Below, one piece after another: positions 1 through 10,260 of a DNA stretch of 64,000 nt. Under the pieces are notes generated by a model. It searched no databases and was not told where the DNA came from. It saw only the letters and a list, made by a program, of their open reading frames with translations. Where the stretch lies: assembly GCA_963707915.1 (NCBI GenBank), contig OY970178.1, positions 3,328,001 through 3,392,000 of the forward strand. Direction: 5' to 3'. This DNA comes from Candidatus Eiseniibacteriota bacterium (GTDB lineage Bacteria; Eisenbacteria; RBG-16-71-46). Position 1 is the stretch's first letter. Each line of letters starts with the position of its first letter. A program made the translations under genes and the position numbers.

Positions 1-2
1 CC

Positions 3-2138
3 GCCGAGTTCCGGATCCCGTTCTCGCAGCTCCGCTTCGCCCGGGCCGAGCGGCAGGAGTGGGGCGTCAACTTCGGGCGCTCGCTGGGGCGCGGGTTCGA
101 GGAGAACTTCCTGGTCTACACCCCGAGCAATGAGAACGGGTTCGTCTCCCGCTTCCCGCTCCTCGCCGGGCTCGAGAACGTGAGCCCCGGCCGCGCCATC
201 GAGATCATGCCCTACGGCACCTCCATGGCCGAGTACCTGCAACACGAGCCGCTCGATCCCTTCAACGACGGCTCGCGCCTCTCGCCGAACGCGGGCGGCG
301 ACCTGCGCATGCCGCTCGGCAGCCGGCTGACGCTGAACGCCACGGTGAATCCCGACTTCGGCCAGGTGGAGGTGGACCCGGCCGTCGTCAACCTGAGCAA
401 CGTCGAGACCTTCTTCCCGGAGAAACGCCCGTTCTTCGTCGAAGGCAACTCGGTCTTCAACGCCGGCCAGCAGGGCGCGAGCAACTACTGGAACTTCGAC
501 CTCCCGCAGCCCACCTTCTTCTACTCCCGCCGCATCGGGCGCGCGCCGGTCGGCAGCCTCCCGGACGACGCCCGCTTCGCCGACGTGCCCAACGGGACGA
601 CGATCCTCGGCGCGGCGAAGGTGAGCGGCAAGCTCGGGTCGGCCGCCAACTTCGGCATGCTCCACGCCGTCACGGCGCGGGAGCGTGCCGACCTGCTGGA
701 TGGCGGCCTTGCGCGGGTGAACGGCTTCGAGGTCGAGCCGCTGACCTACTACGGCGTCGCCCGCGTGCTCCGGGAGTACCCCGAGCGCCGCCACGGGATC
801 GGCGCGATCACCACGCTGGCGGCCCGGAGCTTCGAGTCGCGGCGCCTCGAGGACGAGTTCAACCGCACGTCGCTCACCACGGTCGTGGACGGCTGGCACT
901 TCCTCGACCGCGGGCAGGTGTGGGTGCTCTCCGGCTGGGCCGGCGGCACGCGCGTGACCGGCAGCCCGGACCGCATCGCGGCCATCCAGACCAGCTCGCG
1001 GCACTACTTCCAGCGTCCGGACGCGAAGCGCTACGACGTGGACCCGGCGGCCACCTCGATGTCGGGCCTGGGCGGGCGCGTGTGGCTCAACAAGGAGAAG
1101 GGCAGCTGGGCGAGCAACAGCTCCCTCGGCGTCCTGAGCCCGGGACTCGAGATGAACGACCTCGGCTACCTCAGCCAGGCCGACCTCGTCGGCGGTCACG
1201 TCGCGGGCGGCTACCGCTGGACCAAGCCCACCCGGAACGTCAAGAACCACAGCCTCACGAGCGCGCTGTTCGGGAGCACGAACTTCGACGGCGACCTGGT
1301 CGGTGCCGGCGTCTTCACCGAGGCGTTCTGGTGGTACACGAACAACTGGTGCCTCGACCTGACGGGCGCGTACAACCCGCAGACGGTGAACCCGCGCCGC
1401 AGCTGGGGCGGACCGCTCATGCTGAACCGGCCCGGCTACTCGCTGGGGCTGTTCATGGACACCGACGGGTCGCGGGTCCGCTACTACTACCTCAACCTGT
1501 TCGGCTCGGCGCAGCCCGCGGAGGGCTCGTGGGCCTGGAGCCTCGCGCCGGGCATCGCCTGGAAGCCCGCGGCCAATCTCCAGTTCTCGCTCGGCCCCGA
1601 ATTCAACCGCTCGCGCGACGGCGCGTTCTACTTCGGCTCGCTGGACGACGCCTCGGCCGCGGCGACCTACGGGCGCCGCTACCTGTTCACCGAGCTCGAG
1701 CAGACCTCGCTGGGTGCGACGCTGCGGGCCAGCATCTCGTTCACTCCCACCATGAGCCTGCAGTTCTACGGCCAGCCGCTCATCGCGACCGGCGCGTACC
1801 GGAACGTCAAGGAGCTGGCGCGGCCGCGGAGCCTGGACTTCACCGGGCCCGGCGCGGGCGCGTGGACGTTCGATCCCGCGACCAACCGGTTCGACCCGGA
1901 CGGCGCGGGCCCCGACGCCCCGTACTCGCGGGACTTCAACTTCCGATCGCTGCGCGGCAACGCCGTGTTCCGCTGGGAATACCGCCCCGGATCGACGCTC
2001 TACCTGGTCTGGACCCAGCAGCGCACCGACGCGGAAGGGAAGAGCGAATTCGACCTGGGGCCGTCGTTCCGCCGGCTGATGAGCGCCGACGCGGACAACA
2101 TCTTCCTGGCGAAGGTCACCTACTACCTCAACCTGTAG
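3..2138 (+). CDS. DUF5916 / carbohydrate-binding family 9-like outer membrane protein (5' truncated by window)
   Basis: Frame is open from base 3 (AEFRIPFSQLRF). Motifs NPDFGQVEVD, FFPEKRPFF, FYSRRIGR and a beta-barrel-like C-terminus (KVTYYLNL). Confidence 0.85.
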   Translation, partial: AEFRIPFSQLRFARAERQEWGVNFGRSLGRGFEENFLVYTPSNENGFVSRFPLLAGLENVSPGRAIEIMPYGTSMAEYLQHEPLDPFNDGSRLSPNAGGDLRMPLGSRLTLNATVNPDFGQVEVDPAVVNLSNVETFFPEKRPFFVEGNSVFNAGQQGASNYWNFDLPQPTFFYSRRIGRAPVGSLPDDARFADVPNGTTILGAAKVSGKLGSAANFGMLHAVTARERADLLDGGLARVNGFEVEPLTYYGVARVLREYPERRHGIGAITTLAARSFESRRLEDEFNRTSLTTVVDGWHFLDRGQVWVLSGWAGGTRVTGSPDRIAAIQTSSRHYFQRPDAKRYDVDPAATSMSGLGGRVWLNKEKGSWASNSSLGVLSPGLEMNDLGYLSQADLVGGHVAGGYRWTKPTRNVKNHSLTSALFGSTNFDGDLVGAGVFTEAFWWYTNNWCLDLTGAYNPQTVNPRRSWGGPLMLNRPGYSLGLFMDTDGSRVRYYYLNLFGSAQPAEGSWAWSLAPGIAWKPAANLQFSLGPEFNRSRDGAFYFGSLDDASAAATYGRRYLFTELEQTSLGATLRASISFTPTMSLQFYGQPLIATGAYRNVKELARPRSLDFTGPGAGAWTFDPATNRFDPDGAGPDAPYSRDFNFRSLRGNAVFRWEYRPGSTLYLVWTQQRTDAEGKSEFDLGPSFRRLMSADADNIFLAKVTYYLNL

Positions 2139-2162
2139 CGGCGCTCGACCCGCCGACGACAA

Positions 2163-2193
2163 AGCGACCACCCCGGTCACGGGGGTGGTCGCT
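2163..2193. terminator. Stem-loop between convergent genes
   Basis: Perfect 12-bp inverted repeat AGCGACCACCCC...GGGGTGGTCGCT between two convergent stop codons. Confidence 0.7.
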
Positions 2194-2210
2194 CTGACGT
2201 TGGGGTGGCG

Positions 2211-3311
2211 TTATTCCAAGATCACGAGTCGCTGCACGAGCACGCGGCCGAGGGCCTTCAATCGCGCGAAGTAGACCCCGGAGCCCACGCCGGCCGCACC
2301 GCGGTCCCAGGTCAGCGTGCGCGGGCCGGCGGGGGAGTCGCCGTCGGCCAGCAGGGCCACCCGCCGGCCCATGGCGTCGTAGATGGCAAGTTCCGCCCGC
2401 GCCGCGACGGGCAGGGTGAACCGCAGGCGCGCCGGCCCGACGACCGGGTTGGGCCCGGCGAGCGCGAGAGAGAGCTCGTCGAGGGGATCCGCCACGCCGG
2501 CCGTGTCGATCGAATCGGCCACGCTCAGGATCACGTCCACCACGCGCTGGGCGAACGACGGCGCCACCTCCGCGGCGAACGTGCTGTTCGGGTGGTCGTC
2601 GCTGGCGGAGGCCGCGTGGGCGGGGTCGAGGTAGATGTCGCCGCCGGTCTCCAGGTTGAAGAAGTCCCACGTGTAGATGTTGTCGCCCGGCTCGTCCCAG
2701 ACGTCCCGCACCCAGTCGAAGAACTCCTTGGTGCGCGTGGCCATCTCGGGCGTCGTGTTGACGGCCAGCTTCGCGGCCCCGGTCCAGACGATGAAGCGCT
2801 TCGCCGGGAACGACCTCATCTTGGCCTTGAGCACGTCGTACTGGAGCTTGTAGTTCTCGACGGTCTGGACCGAGGAGGTGACGTCGGGGCTCCCGGTGTC
2901 CGGCCCGATGTTGCTGACCGGGAAGCAGTGCTTGAACACGATGATGTCGTACTGCGCGGTGAGCATCTCGAGCGTGGACTCACCCAGGTAGGGCGCCGCG
3001 CCCGCGTGGTTCACCCAGATGTTCCAGTAGTCGTAGGGGTAGTTGGCGTACGGATAGCCCGCGTCGGCCAGCGGGAACATCTGCTCGGTGACGGCATAGC
3101 TGGTGCCGTGGGCGGCGTTGTACGCAGTGAACCACGCCGGCACGCCACCCTTCCAGATGACATCGCCGGTGCTGTGGTGCAGGAAGACGACCTTCGCGTT
3201 CGGCGCGAGTGGCGTGCGTTCGCCGGCGACGCAGGCCACGGTGAGCGCGCCAGCAAGGACGACCGCCAGGCAGAGGCCGAGCGCGCGTCGGATCGGGGTT
3301 GCCATCGACAT
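2211..3311 (-). CDS. Secreted protein with SGNH-like domain and C-terminal FlgD-Ig/sorting domain
   Basis: Signal peptide. FLHHSTG, FKHCFP and DDHPN motifs. C-terminal PNP...IYDAMGRRV...SGVYFARL. Confidence 0.75.
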   Translation of the reverse strand: MSMATPIRRALGLCLAVVLAGALTVACVAGERTPLAPNAKVVFLHHSTGDVIWKGGVPAWFTAYNAAHGTSYAVTEQMFPLADAGYPYANYPYDYWNIWVNHAGAAPYLGESTLEMLTAQYDIIVFKHCFPVSNIGPDTGSPDVTSSVQTVENYKLQYDVLKAKMRSFPAKRFIVWTGAAKLAVNTTPEMATRTKEFFDWVRDVWDEPGDNIYTWDFFNLETGGDIYLDPAHAASASDDHPNSTFAAEVAPSFAQRVVDVILSVADSIDTAGVADPLDELSLALAGPNPVVGPARLRFTLPVAARAELAIYDAMGRRVALLADGDSPAGPRTLTWDRGAAGVGSGVYFARLKALGRVLVQRLVILE

Positions 3312-3665
3312 GGTGCGGGTACTCCCGTGCGGCGGGGTGGGCCGGATCCTTCAGTCGCGGCAGCCTAACGATACTGCCCTCGTACCCCGGGCGCCAGACC
3401 GCGGTCGGGACCCGCCCGCCCGTGCCGAACGGTCCGGGCGCAAGACCTTGGGGCTGGACCACTTGCGGGCCCGGCGCGGGTGGAGCCGCTGCTGCGACGC
3501 GGCCCCCGACGGGGCGCCCGGCCGGTCGCGTGCGACCCTTCCTGCTGCGCCCGCGGCCCACGAGATCGCTGTGGAGCGGCGCATCCGGTCGCGCGTAGAC
3601 TCCCCGCCACGAGTCCCGGTCCCCGCGATCGCGGGCGACGAAGTCCTCGGCTGGAGGAGAAGGCC

Positions 3666-4130
3666 ATGATGCAGGCAATCGCGTTCCAGTTGAACGGCAA
3701 GCCCACCCGCCTCGAGGTCGACGGCGAGCGCAAGCTGCTGTGGGTCCTGCGCGGCGACCTGGGGCTCACCGGCACGAAGTTCGGCTGCGGGGAGAGCCTG
3801 TGCGGCGCCTGCACCGTGGTGGTGGACCGGGAGCCGGTGCGCTCCTGCCAGCTCTCGATGGCCGACGTGCGCGGCAAGGAGGTCACCACGATCGAAGGCC
3901 TGGCGCGGGACGGGAAGCTCCACCCGCTCCAGGAGATGTTCGTCGAGCACGGCGGGATGCAGTGCGGCTTCTGCACTTCCGGCATGATCATGAACGCCTA
4001 CGGCATGCTGCTGCAGAACCCGAAGCTCACGCGCGAGCAGATCGTGGCGGGCATGGACGACAACCTGTGCCGCTGCGCCGCCCACCAGCGCATCCTCCAC
4101 TCGATCGAAGCAGTGGCCGGAAGGAAGTGA
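3666..4130 (+). CDS. (2Fe-2S)-binding small subunit, aldehyde/isoquinoline oxidoreductase family
   Basis: GTKFGCGESLCGACT, QCGFCTSG and NLCRC motifs. GGAGG RBS upstream. Confidence 0.92.
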   Translation: MMQAIAFQLNGKPTRLEVDGERKLLWVLRGDLGLTGTKFGCGESLCGACTVVVDREPVRSCQLSMADVRGKEVTTIEGLARDGKLHPLQEMFVEHGGMQCGFCTSGMIMNAYGMLLQNPKLTREQIVAGMDDNLCRCAAHQRILHSIEAVAGRK

Positions 4131-4138
4131 GGCGGACC

Positions 4139-6289
4139 ATGAGAGACACCGGATACGGGCTCGAGGCGCCGGATCGTCGGAACCCGCGGCCATCGCTCGA
4201 CCGCCGGGAGTTCATGAAGCTGGTCGGCGCCGGGATCGTCGTCTGCTTCACCATCGCGGACTGGTCGGTGCTCGAGGCCCAGGGGCAGCGGCGCGAGTAC
4301 CCCGCGGACTTCAACGCCTACCTGCGCATCGGCGAAGACGGCCGCGTGACCGTCTTCTCCGGGAAGATCGAGATGGGACAGGGCGTGATCACCTCGCTGG
4401 CCCAGATGGCCGCCGAGGAGCTGGGCGTCGCCGTGGAGTCCATCGACATGGTCATGGGCGACACGCAGAGCTGCCCGTGGGACATGGGCACGTTCGGTTC
4501 GATGAGCACGCGCTTCTTCGGTCCCGCGCTGCGCGGGGCGGCGGCCGAGGCGCGGGCGGTGCTGCTCGAGCTGGCGGCGGAACGGCTCCAGGTCGCGGCG
4601 AAGGAGCTGGCGGTGGCGAACGGCGTCGTCTTCCTCGCCCGGGACCGGAGCCGGCGGGTGACCTTCGGCCAGCTGGCCCGGGGGAAGTCGATCGCGCGTC
4701 ACCTGACCGGCAAGCCGGCCCTGCGCCCGCTCGCCGAGTTCACGGTGAGCGGCCGGTCGGTGCGGCGCACGGACGCGCTCGCCAAGGTGACCGGCCAGGC
4801 GAAGTACGCCGGCGACATCCGCGTGCCGGGCATGCTCTACGCCCGGATCCTGCGCCCGCCGGCGCACGGCGCGACCCTGAAGCGCGTGGACACCTCCGCG
4901 GCCGCGGCGCTCCCCGGGGTCACCGTCGTGAACCAGGACGGCATGGTCGCGGTGCTGCACGCGGACCCCGAACAGGCCGCGAAGGCGCTCGCCGTAGTCA
5001 GGGCCGATTTCGACCTGCCTGCGGCCACGGTGGACACCGAGACGATCTTCGACCACCTCCTGCAGGTGGCGCCGCCGCCCCAGGAACGGGACCGCAAGGG
5101 CGACCTGGCCGCGGGGGAGAAGGCCTCGGTCGCGCGGTTCGAGCACCGCTACGAGAACGGCTACGGCGCGCACGCGCCGATGGAGCCCCACGCCGCGCTG
5201 GCCAGCTTCGAAGGCGGCAGGGTGACCGTCTGGGCCGCGACGCAGACCCCGTTCCCCAACCAGCAGCAGATCGCGGACGCCCTCGGTCTGGCGCTCGAGG
5301 ACGTGCGCGTCATCACGCCGTTCGTCGGCGGCGGGTTCGGCGGCAAGAGCAGCACGGGGCTCCAGTCGATCGAGGCGGCGCGCCTGTCGCGCATCGCCGG
5401 CAAGCCCGTGCAGGTCGCGTGGACCCGTGCCGAGGAGTTCTTCTACGACGCGTTCCGGCCGGCGGCCGTCGTCAAGATCAAGTCGGGCATGGACGGCGCG
5501 GGGCGGATCGTGCTGTGGGACTACGAGGTGTACTTCGCCGGCGCGCGCAGCGCCGAGCCGTTCTACGACGTGCCCAACCACCTGGTGCGCGCCTACGGCC
5601 AGTGGGGGCGGGACACGACCGGGGCGCACCTCTTCGCCACCGGGCCGTGGCGGGCGCCGGGCGCCAACATCAACGTGTTCGCGCGCGAGTCGCAGATCGA
5701 CATCATGGCCGCCCGGGCGAAGCGCGATCCGCTCGAGTTCCGCCTGGCCAACACCTCCGACCCGCGCATGCGCAGCGTGCTGCAGGAGGCCGCCGCGAAG
5801 TTCGGCTGGAAGCCGGCGCCGGGCCCGAGCGGCCGCGGCTACGGCATCGCCTGCGGGATCGACGCGGGCACCTACGTGGCGCTGATCGCCGAGGTGGCGG
5901 TGGACAAGGCCACCGGCGGCGTCCAGGTGAAGCGCGTCGTCTGCGCGCAGGACATGGGCCAGGTCATCAATCCCGACGGCGCGAAGATGCAGATGGAAGG
6001 CTGCATCACCATGGGCCTCGGCTACGCGCTCTCCGAGGAGCTCCGCTTCAAGGGTGGCGAGATCCTCGACCGGAACTTCGACACCTACGAACTGCCGCGC
6101 TTCTCCTGGCTGCCCGAGATCGAAACGGTGCTGGTGAAGAACGACGGACTCGCGCCGCAGGGCGGCGGCGAGCCCGCACTGGTCCCGGTGGGCGCGGTCA
6201 TCGCCAACGCCGTCTGCGATGCGACCGGTGCGCGCCTGTTCCGGATGCCGCTGACGGCGGCGAGCGTGAAGCGGGCGCTGACGGGCTAG
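4139..6289 (+). CDS. Molybdopterin-binding large subunit (IorB / xanthine dehydrogenase family)
   Basis: Tat-like RREFMK, EMGQG, GGGFGGK, WRAPG and GGGEP motifs. Adjacent to the 2Fe-2S subunit. Confidence 0.9.
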   Translation: MRDTGYGLEAPDRRNPRPSLDRREFMKLVGAGIVVCFTIADWSVLEAQGQRREYPADFNAYLRIGEDGRVTVFSGKIEMGQGVITSLAQMAAEELGVAVESIDMVMGDTQSCPWDMGTFGSMSTRFFGPALRGAAAEARAVLLELAAERLQVAAKELAVANGVVFLARDRSRRVTFGQLARGKSIARHLTGKPALRPLAEFTVSGRSVRRTDALAKVTGQAKYAGDIRVPGMLYARILRPPAHGATLKRVDTSAAAALPGVTVVNQDGMVAVLHADPEQAAKALAVVRADFDLPAATVDTETIFDHLLQVAPPPQERDRKGDLAAGEKASVARFEHRYENGYGAHAPMEPHAALASFEGGRVTVWAATQTPFPNQQQIADALGLALEDVRVITPFVGGGFGGKSSTGLQSIEAARLSRIAGKPVQVAWTRAEEFFYDAFRPAAVVKIKSGMDGAGRIVLWDYEVYFAGARSAEPFYDVPNHLVRAYGQWGRDTTGAHLFATGPWRAPGANINVFARESQIDIMAARAKRDPLEFRLANTSDPRMRSVLQEAAAKFGWKPAPGPSGRGYGIACGIDAGTYVALIAEVAVDKATGGVQVKRVVCAQDMGQVINPDGAKMQMEGCITMGLGYALSEELRFKGGEILDRNFDTYELPRFSWLPEIETVLVKNDGLAPQGGGEPALVPVGAVIANAVCDATGARLFRMPLTAASVKRALTG

Positions 6290-6393
6290 CGGAGCGGGAG
6301 ACGGACGCGGGGGGCTCGTGTAGTCTGGGCCGATCCCGCATCCCCGCGCGTGGCCGCCGACGGATCACGATCCCTCAATCAGGAGCCACCCCC

Positions 6394-9345
6394 ATGAGCC
6401 TCCCGAAGCTGCTTGCGCTGGTCGGCCTGCTCGCGACCCTCGGCGCGGCGGGCGCACCGCCCGCCGGCGCCGACGCCTTCCGCCCGGACGGTCGCTACGA
6501 TGCGCGCGTCCCCGCGCCGGCAGCGGTGCTGGGCTTCGAGCCCGGCGACCAGCCCGCGCGCTACGAGGCGGTGCTGCGCTACGCCGAGGCGCTGGCCGCC
6601 GCGAGCCCCAACGTGCGGCTCCAGCGCTACGCGCGCTCCCACGAGGGCCGCGACCTGTTCGTCATCGTGGTCTCGAGCGCGGCCAACCTCGCGCGCCTCG
6701 ACGGCATCCGCGCCGACCTCGCCCGGCTCGCCGACCCGCGGCCGCCGCTGGCGCCCGAGGCGCTGCAGGCGCTGATCGAGCGCACGCCGGCGGTCGCCTA
6801 CCTGGCGTACGCCATCCACGGCGACGAGCTGTCGAGCACCGACGCCGCCCTGCGCGTGGCCTACGAGCTGGCGGCGGGCGAGAACGACGACACGCAGGCG
6901 CTGCGCGAGAACCTGGTGGTGCTCGTCGACCCGATGGAGAACCCCGACGGGCGCGAGCGCATGCTCGGGATGATCACCGCCTACGAGGGTCGGGTGCCCA
7001 ACCCGGATCCCGACGCGCTGTCGCACAGCGGCTTCTGGCCGTTCGGCCGCGGCAACCACTACCTGTTCGACCTCAACCGCGACTGGTTCGCGCTCGTCCA
7101 CCCCGAGAGCCGCGGGCGGGCCGGCATCCTGCGCGCCTGGCGGCCGCAGCTGGCGGTGGACAGCCACGAGATGGGCCTCGAGAGCACCTACCTGTTCAGC
7201 CCGCCGCGCGATCCGTTCAACCCCAACCTGCCGGGCAAGGCGCGGGAGTGGTCGGAGCGCTTCGCCGCCGACCAGGCGCGGGCCTTCGACCGTCACGGCT
7301 GGAGCTACTTCACCCGCGAGTGGAACGAGGAGATCTATCCCGGCTACGGCTCGTCCATCGCCGCCTACCAGGGCGCGGTCGGCATCCTCTACGAGCAGAG
7401 CGGCACCGACGGGCAGCCGATCCGCAAGCCCTCGGGCCGGGTGGTGAGCTACGAGGAGACCGTGGCCCACCAGTACACCAGCTCGATGGCCAACCTGGCC
7501 ACCGCCGCCACGCACCGCCGGGAGCTGCTGCGCTCGTGGCGCGACGCCCGCGCCGAGGCCGTGACCCGCGGCGCCCGCGGCAACGCGCGCGCCTTCTACA
7601 TCGTCCCGCGCCCCGACCCGGCGCGCGCCGAGCGGCTCGCCACCCGGCTGGCATCGCTCGGGGTGGAGGTGGAGCGGCTCGACGCGCCGGGGTCGCTGCA
7701 GGGCGCGCGGTCGCTGTGGGACGACGCCGTGCACGGGGCGGCCCTTCCCGCCGGCACGTTCCGCGTGCGGCTCGACCAGCCCGACGGGTTGCTGGCGCGG
7801 GCGGTGCTCGAGCCGCACACCCCGATGCCCGACTCGTCGCTGGCCGAGGAGCGCGAGCACCTCGAGCGCCAGAAGGAGACGCGCGTCTACGACGTGACCG
7901 CGTGGTCGCCGCTGCTGGCCTCGGGGCTCGAGGCGTGGTGGACGCCGGCGCTCGACGGCCTGCGCTGGACGCGCGTCGTGCCCGACCAGGCCGCCGCGCC
8001 GCCGGCCGGCGGGATCGCGGCCGGGCCCGCGACCTACGGCTGGCTGTTCGACGGCGGCACCGACGCCGCGCTGGTGCTGGCCGCGCGGCTCTCCGCGGCC
8101 GGCTTCGCGGTGCGCGCCGGCGAGAAGCCGCTGACCGTCAGCGCGCGCGTGCTCCCGCGCGGCAGCTTCCTGCTGCGCGCCGAGGAGAACCCGCCCGCGG
8201 CCGCCGAGTCGCTGCAGGCCATGGCCGCGCGGACCGAGGTGGCCGTGACGCCGGTGGCGAGCGCGCGGATCCCCGACGGCCCGGACCTAGGCGGCGACAC
8301 CTGGCAACTGCTGCAGCCGGCGCGGATCGCCCTCCTCGCGGGCGCCTCGCTCGACGGCAGCAGCCTCGGCTGGGCCTGGAACCTGATCGACCGCGAGTCG
8401 GCCCTGCGGGTGAGCCTGCTCGACGTCGGCCGCGTCGCGAGCACCGACCTCGCGCGCTACAACGTGGTGGTGATGCCGAACTCGCGCGGCGGGGGCGAGG
8501 CCTACCGGCGCGCGCTCGGCGCGGCCGGCCTGCGCGCGCTGCGGAAGTGGGTCGACGACGGCGGCACGCTCGTCGCCCTCAACGGCGGGGCGGAGTTCGT
8601 GGCCGAGGATTCGACCCGGCTCGGCTCGGTGCGCCTGCGCTCGCAGGCGCTCAAGGACTTTCCGCCCGCCCTGCTCGGGCTCCCGGAGGCCGCGGTGCGC
8701 GGCCTCGAGCGCATGCAGGGCATGGGCCTCGGGCCGGCCGGCCGGGCGGTCAACTCGTGGGGGCTCTACGAGGGCATGGACCGGGCCCGCGCGCTCGGCA
8801 TCCCGGGGCCCGGCGCCCCGCTGCTCGGTCCCGGCGCGCGGGCCTGGCTCGGGATCGCGAAGGCGGCGCCGCTTTCACCCGCCGCGCAGGACACCGCCGC
8901 TCGCAAGGATGCGAAGGGGCCGAGCGACGAGGAGCGGCAGAAGGCGCTGGCCAGGGCCGACGCGCGCCTGCGGCGCTTCATGCCGAGCGGTGCGATCCTG
9001 CGCGTGGACCTCGACCCCGAGCACTGGCTGTCCTACGGCTGCGGCGACCGCGCGGCCGCGCTGATGAGCGGCGACGACGCGCTGCTCGCACGCGACCCGG
9101 CGATGACCGCGGGACGCTTCGCCGCGCCCGAGGTGCTGCAGCTCGGCGGGCTGCTGTGGCCCGAGGCCGCCGGGCGCATCGCGCAGACGGCCTACCTCAC
9201 GCGCGAGGCTTCCGGCCGGGGTCAGGTCATCCTGTTCGCGAACGACCCCAATTTCCGCGGCTACTTCTGGGGGACGGAACGGCTGTTCCTGAACGCCGTG
9301 CTGCTCGGCCCGGGCCTGGGGGCGGCGCACACGATCCCGTGGTGA
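6394..9345 (+). CDS. M14 family zinc carboxypeptidase with C-terminal glutamine-amidotransferase-like domain
   Basis: IHGDE, NPDG, GRGNHYLFDLNRDW and DSHEM motifs. Signal peptide and AGGAG RBS. Confidence 0.88.
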   Translation: MSLPKLLALVGLLATLGAAGAPPAGADAFRPDGRYDARVPAPAAVLGFEPGDQPARYEAVLRYAEALAAASPNVRLQRYARSHEGRDLFVIVVSSAANLARLDGIRADLARLADPRPPLAPEALQALIERTPAVAYLAYAIHGDELSSTDAALRVAYELAAGENDDTQALRENLVVLVDPMENPDGRERMLGMITAYEGRVPNPDPDALSHSGFWPFGRGNHYLFDLNRDWFALVHPESRGRAGILRAWRPQLAVDSHEMGLESTYLFSPPRDPFNPNLPGKAREWSERFAADQARAFDRHGWSYFTREWNEEIYPGYGSSIAAYQGAVGILYEQSGTDGQPIRKPSGRVVSYEETVAHQYTSSMANLATAATHRRELLRSWRDARAEAVTRGARGNARAFYIVPRPDPARAERLATRLASLGVEVERLDAPGSLQGARSLWDDAVHGAALPAGTFRVRLDQPDGLLARAVLEPHTPMPDSSLAEEREHLERQKETRVYDVTAWSPLLASGLEAWWTPALDGLRWTRVVPDQAAAPPAGGIAAGPATYGWLFDGGTDAALVLAARLSAAGFAVRAGEKPLTVSARVLPRGSFLLRAEENPPAAAESLQAMAARTEVAVTPVASARIPDGPDLGGDTWQLLQPARIALLAGASLDGSSLGWAWNLIDRESALRVSLLDVGRVASTDLARYNVVVMPNSRGGGEAYRRALGAAGLRALRKWVDDGGTLVALNGGAEFVAEDSTRLGSVRLRSQALKDFPPALLGLPEAAVRGLERMQGMGLGPAGRAVNSWGLYEGMDRARALGIPGPGAPLLGPGARAWLGIAKAAPLSPAAQDTAARKDAKGPSDEERQKALARADARLRRFMPSGAILRVDLDPEHWLSYGCGDRAAALMSGDDALLARDPAMTAGRFAAPEVLQLGGLLWPEAAGRIAQTAYLTREASGRGQVILFANDPNFRGYFWGTERLFLNAVLLGPGLGAAHTIPW

Positions 9346-9689
9346 GGGGGGCGTCATCGTGCGCGGACGAGGCTGAAGCCCCCGCCGGCCCTGGCAGGGG
9401 CTCCGCGCAACGCTCGATGCGGCGCCGACGGAAGACGCCAGCTTGGGGGATGCCCGCGACCGAGCCCCATGATTATGCGGACTCGATCGTCCTGGCGCAA
9501 TACCCGCGTTTCGCTGGCCTGGACGGCCCATGGACCGCGTCGCGAAGATGCGAGATGGTCGTGGGATGCAGGGTCCTGTGCCTGGCCGCGACGCAGCCGG
9601 GGTCAAGCACCCCGCCGAGGAGTGGCCAGGTACAGGACCCTGCAGACCGCGGTCAGGTCGCTTTCGCAGCAGCGGGTCATGAATCGTCC

Positions 9690-9885
9690 AGGTTAGCTCT
9701 CGGTTCCTGTAGATCTGCTTCTTGACTTGTTCCTTCTTCAAGCTGCCGAAGAAGGACTCCGCCACCGCGTCGTCCCGGCAGTTCCCCTTCCGGCTCATAC
9801 TCGGCTCAATGCGATGGGAGCGACAGAATCGCCGCCCTGCATCGCTCCCGAACCGGTTGCCCTGATCGGAATGAATCAACGAATT
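9690..9885 (-). pseudogene. IS3-family transposase fragment (DDE core remnant)
   Basis: Minus strand reads LIHSDQG...SMSRKGNCRDDAVAESFFGSLKKE, the IS3 OrfB signature. No start or full ORF. Confidence 0.85.
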
Positions 9886-9933
9886 GGTCAAAGCGGGTTG
9901 ACGAAACCTCTCCAAGTCGTGCATCTACGCGGG

Positions 9934-9973
9934 CGGAGAGGTGCTGGAGCGGTTGAACAGGACGGTCTCGAAA
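9934..9973 (+). repeat. att core copy 1: 5' half of tRNA-Ser(CGA), 40 bp
   Basis: CGGAGAGGTGCTGGAGCGGTTGAACAGGACGGTCTCGAAA, identical to 13210-13249 and 58449-58488. Confidence 0.95.
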
Positions 9974-10041
9974 TCTGGAGACCGACATTCTGAGGCAATC
10001 AAAGAGCGAGCGAGCTAGTAGGCATCGCCTGATGTAGTTAG

Positions 10042-10079
10042 CAGGGGCCCCAGGGAGTTAGAGATCCTTGGGGCCCTTG
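10042..10079 (+). terminator. Hairpin downstream of att copy 1
   Basis: CAGGGGCCCCAGGGA...TCCTTGGGGCCCTTG, a 15-bp stem with G-U pairs. Confidence 0.5.
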
Positions 10080-10260
10080 TCGTCTGTGGACGCCAGAGGA
10101 CGGTGGAGGACGCGTTAGGACGCTGAGACCGTAGCCAAACCGTAGCCACGGCTGAAGCCGTGCTTGTGGGCGGCTGGAGCCGTGGACACGACAGCAACGC
10201 GTCCGCTAGGGTGTGTCGGGAAGTGATCGGTGCAGGCCATGACCAAGTGCAGGGGTGCCC

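Noticed and set aside
920..9725. Long alternative-frame and antisense ORFs (for example 920-2197, 2205-3368, 3998-5629, the 4477-6393 extension, 7248-9725)
   Set aside because: Arg/Gly/Pro-rich shadow ORFs typical of high-GC DNA, overlapping genes with clear family motifs.
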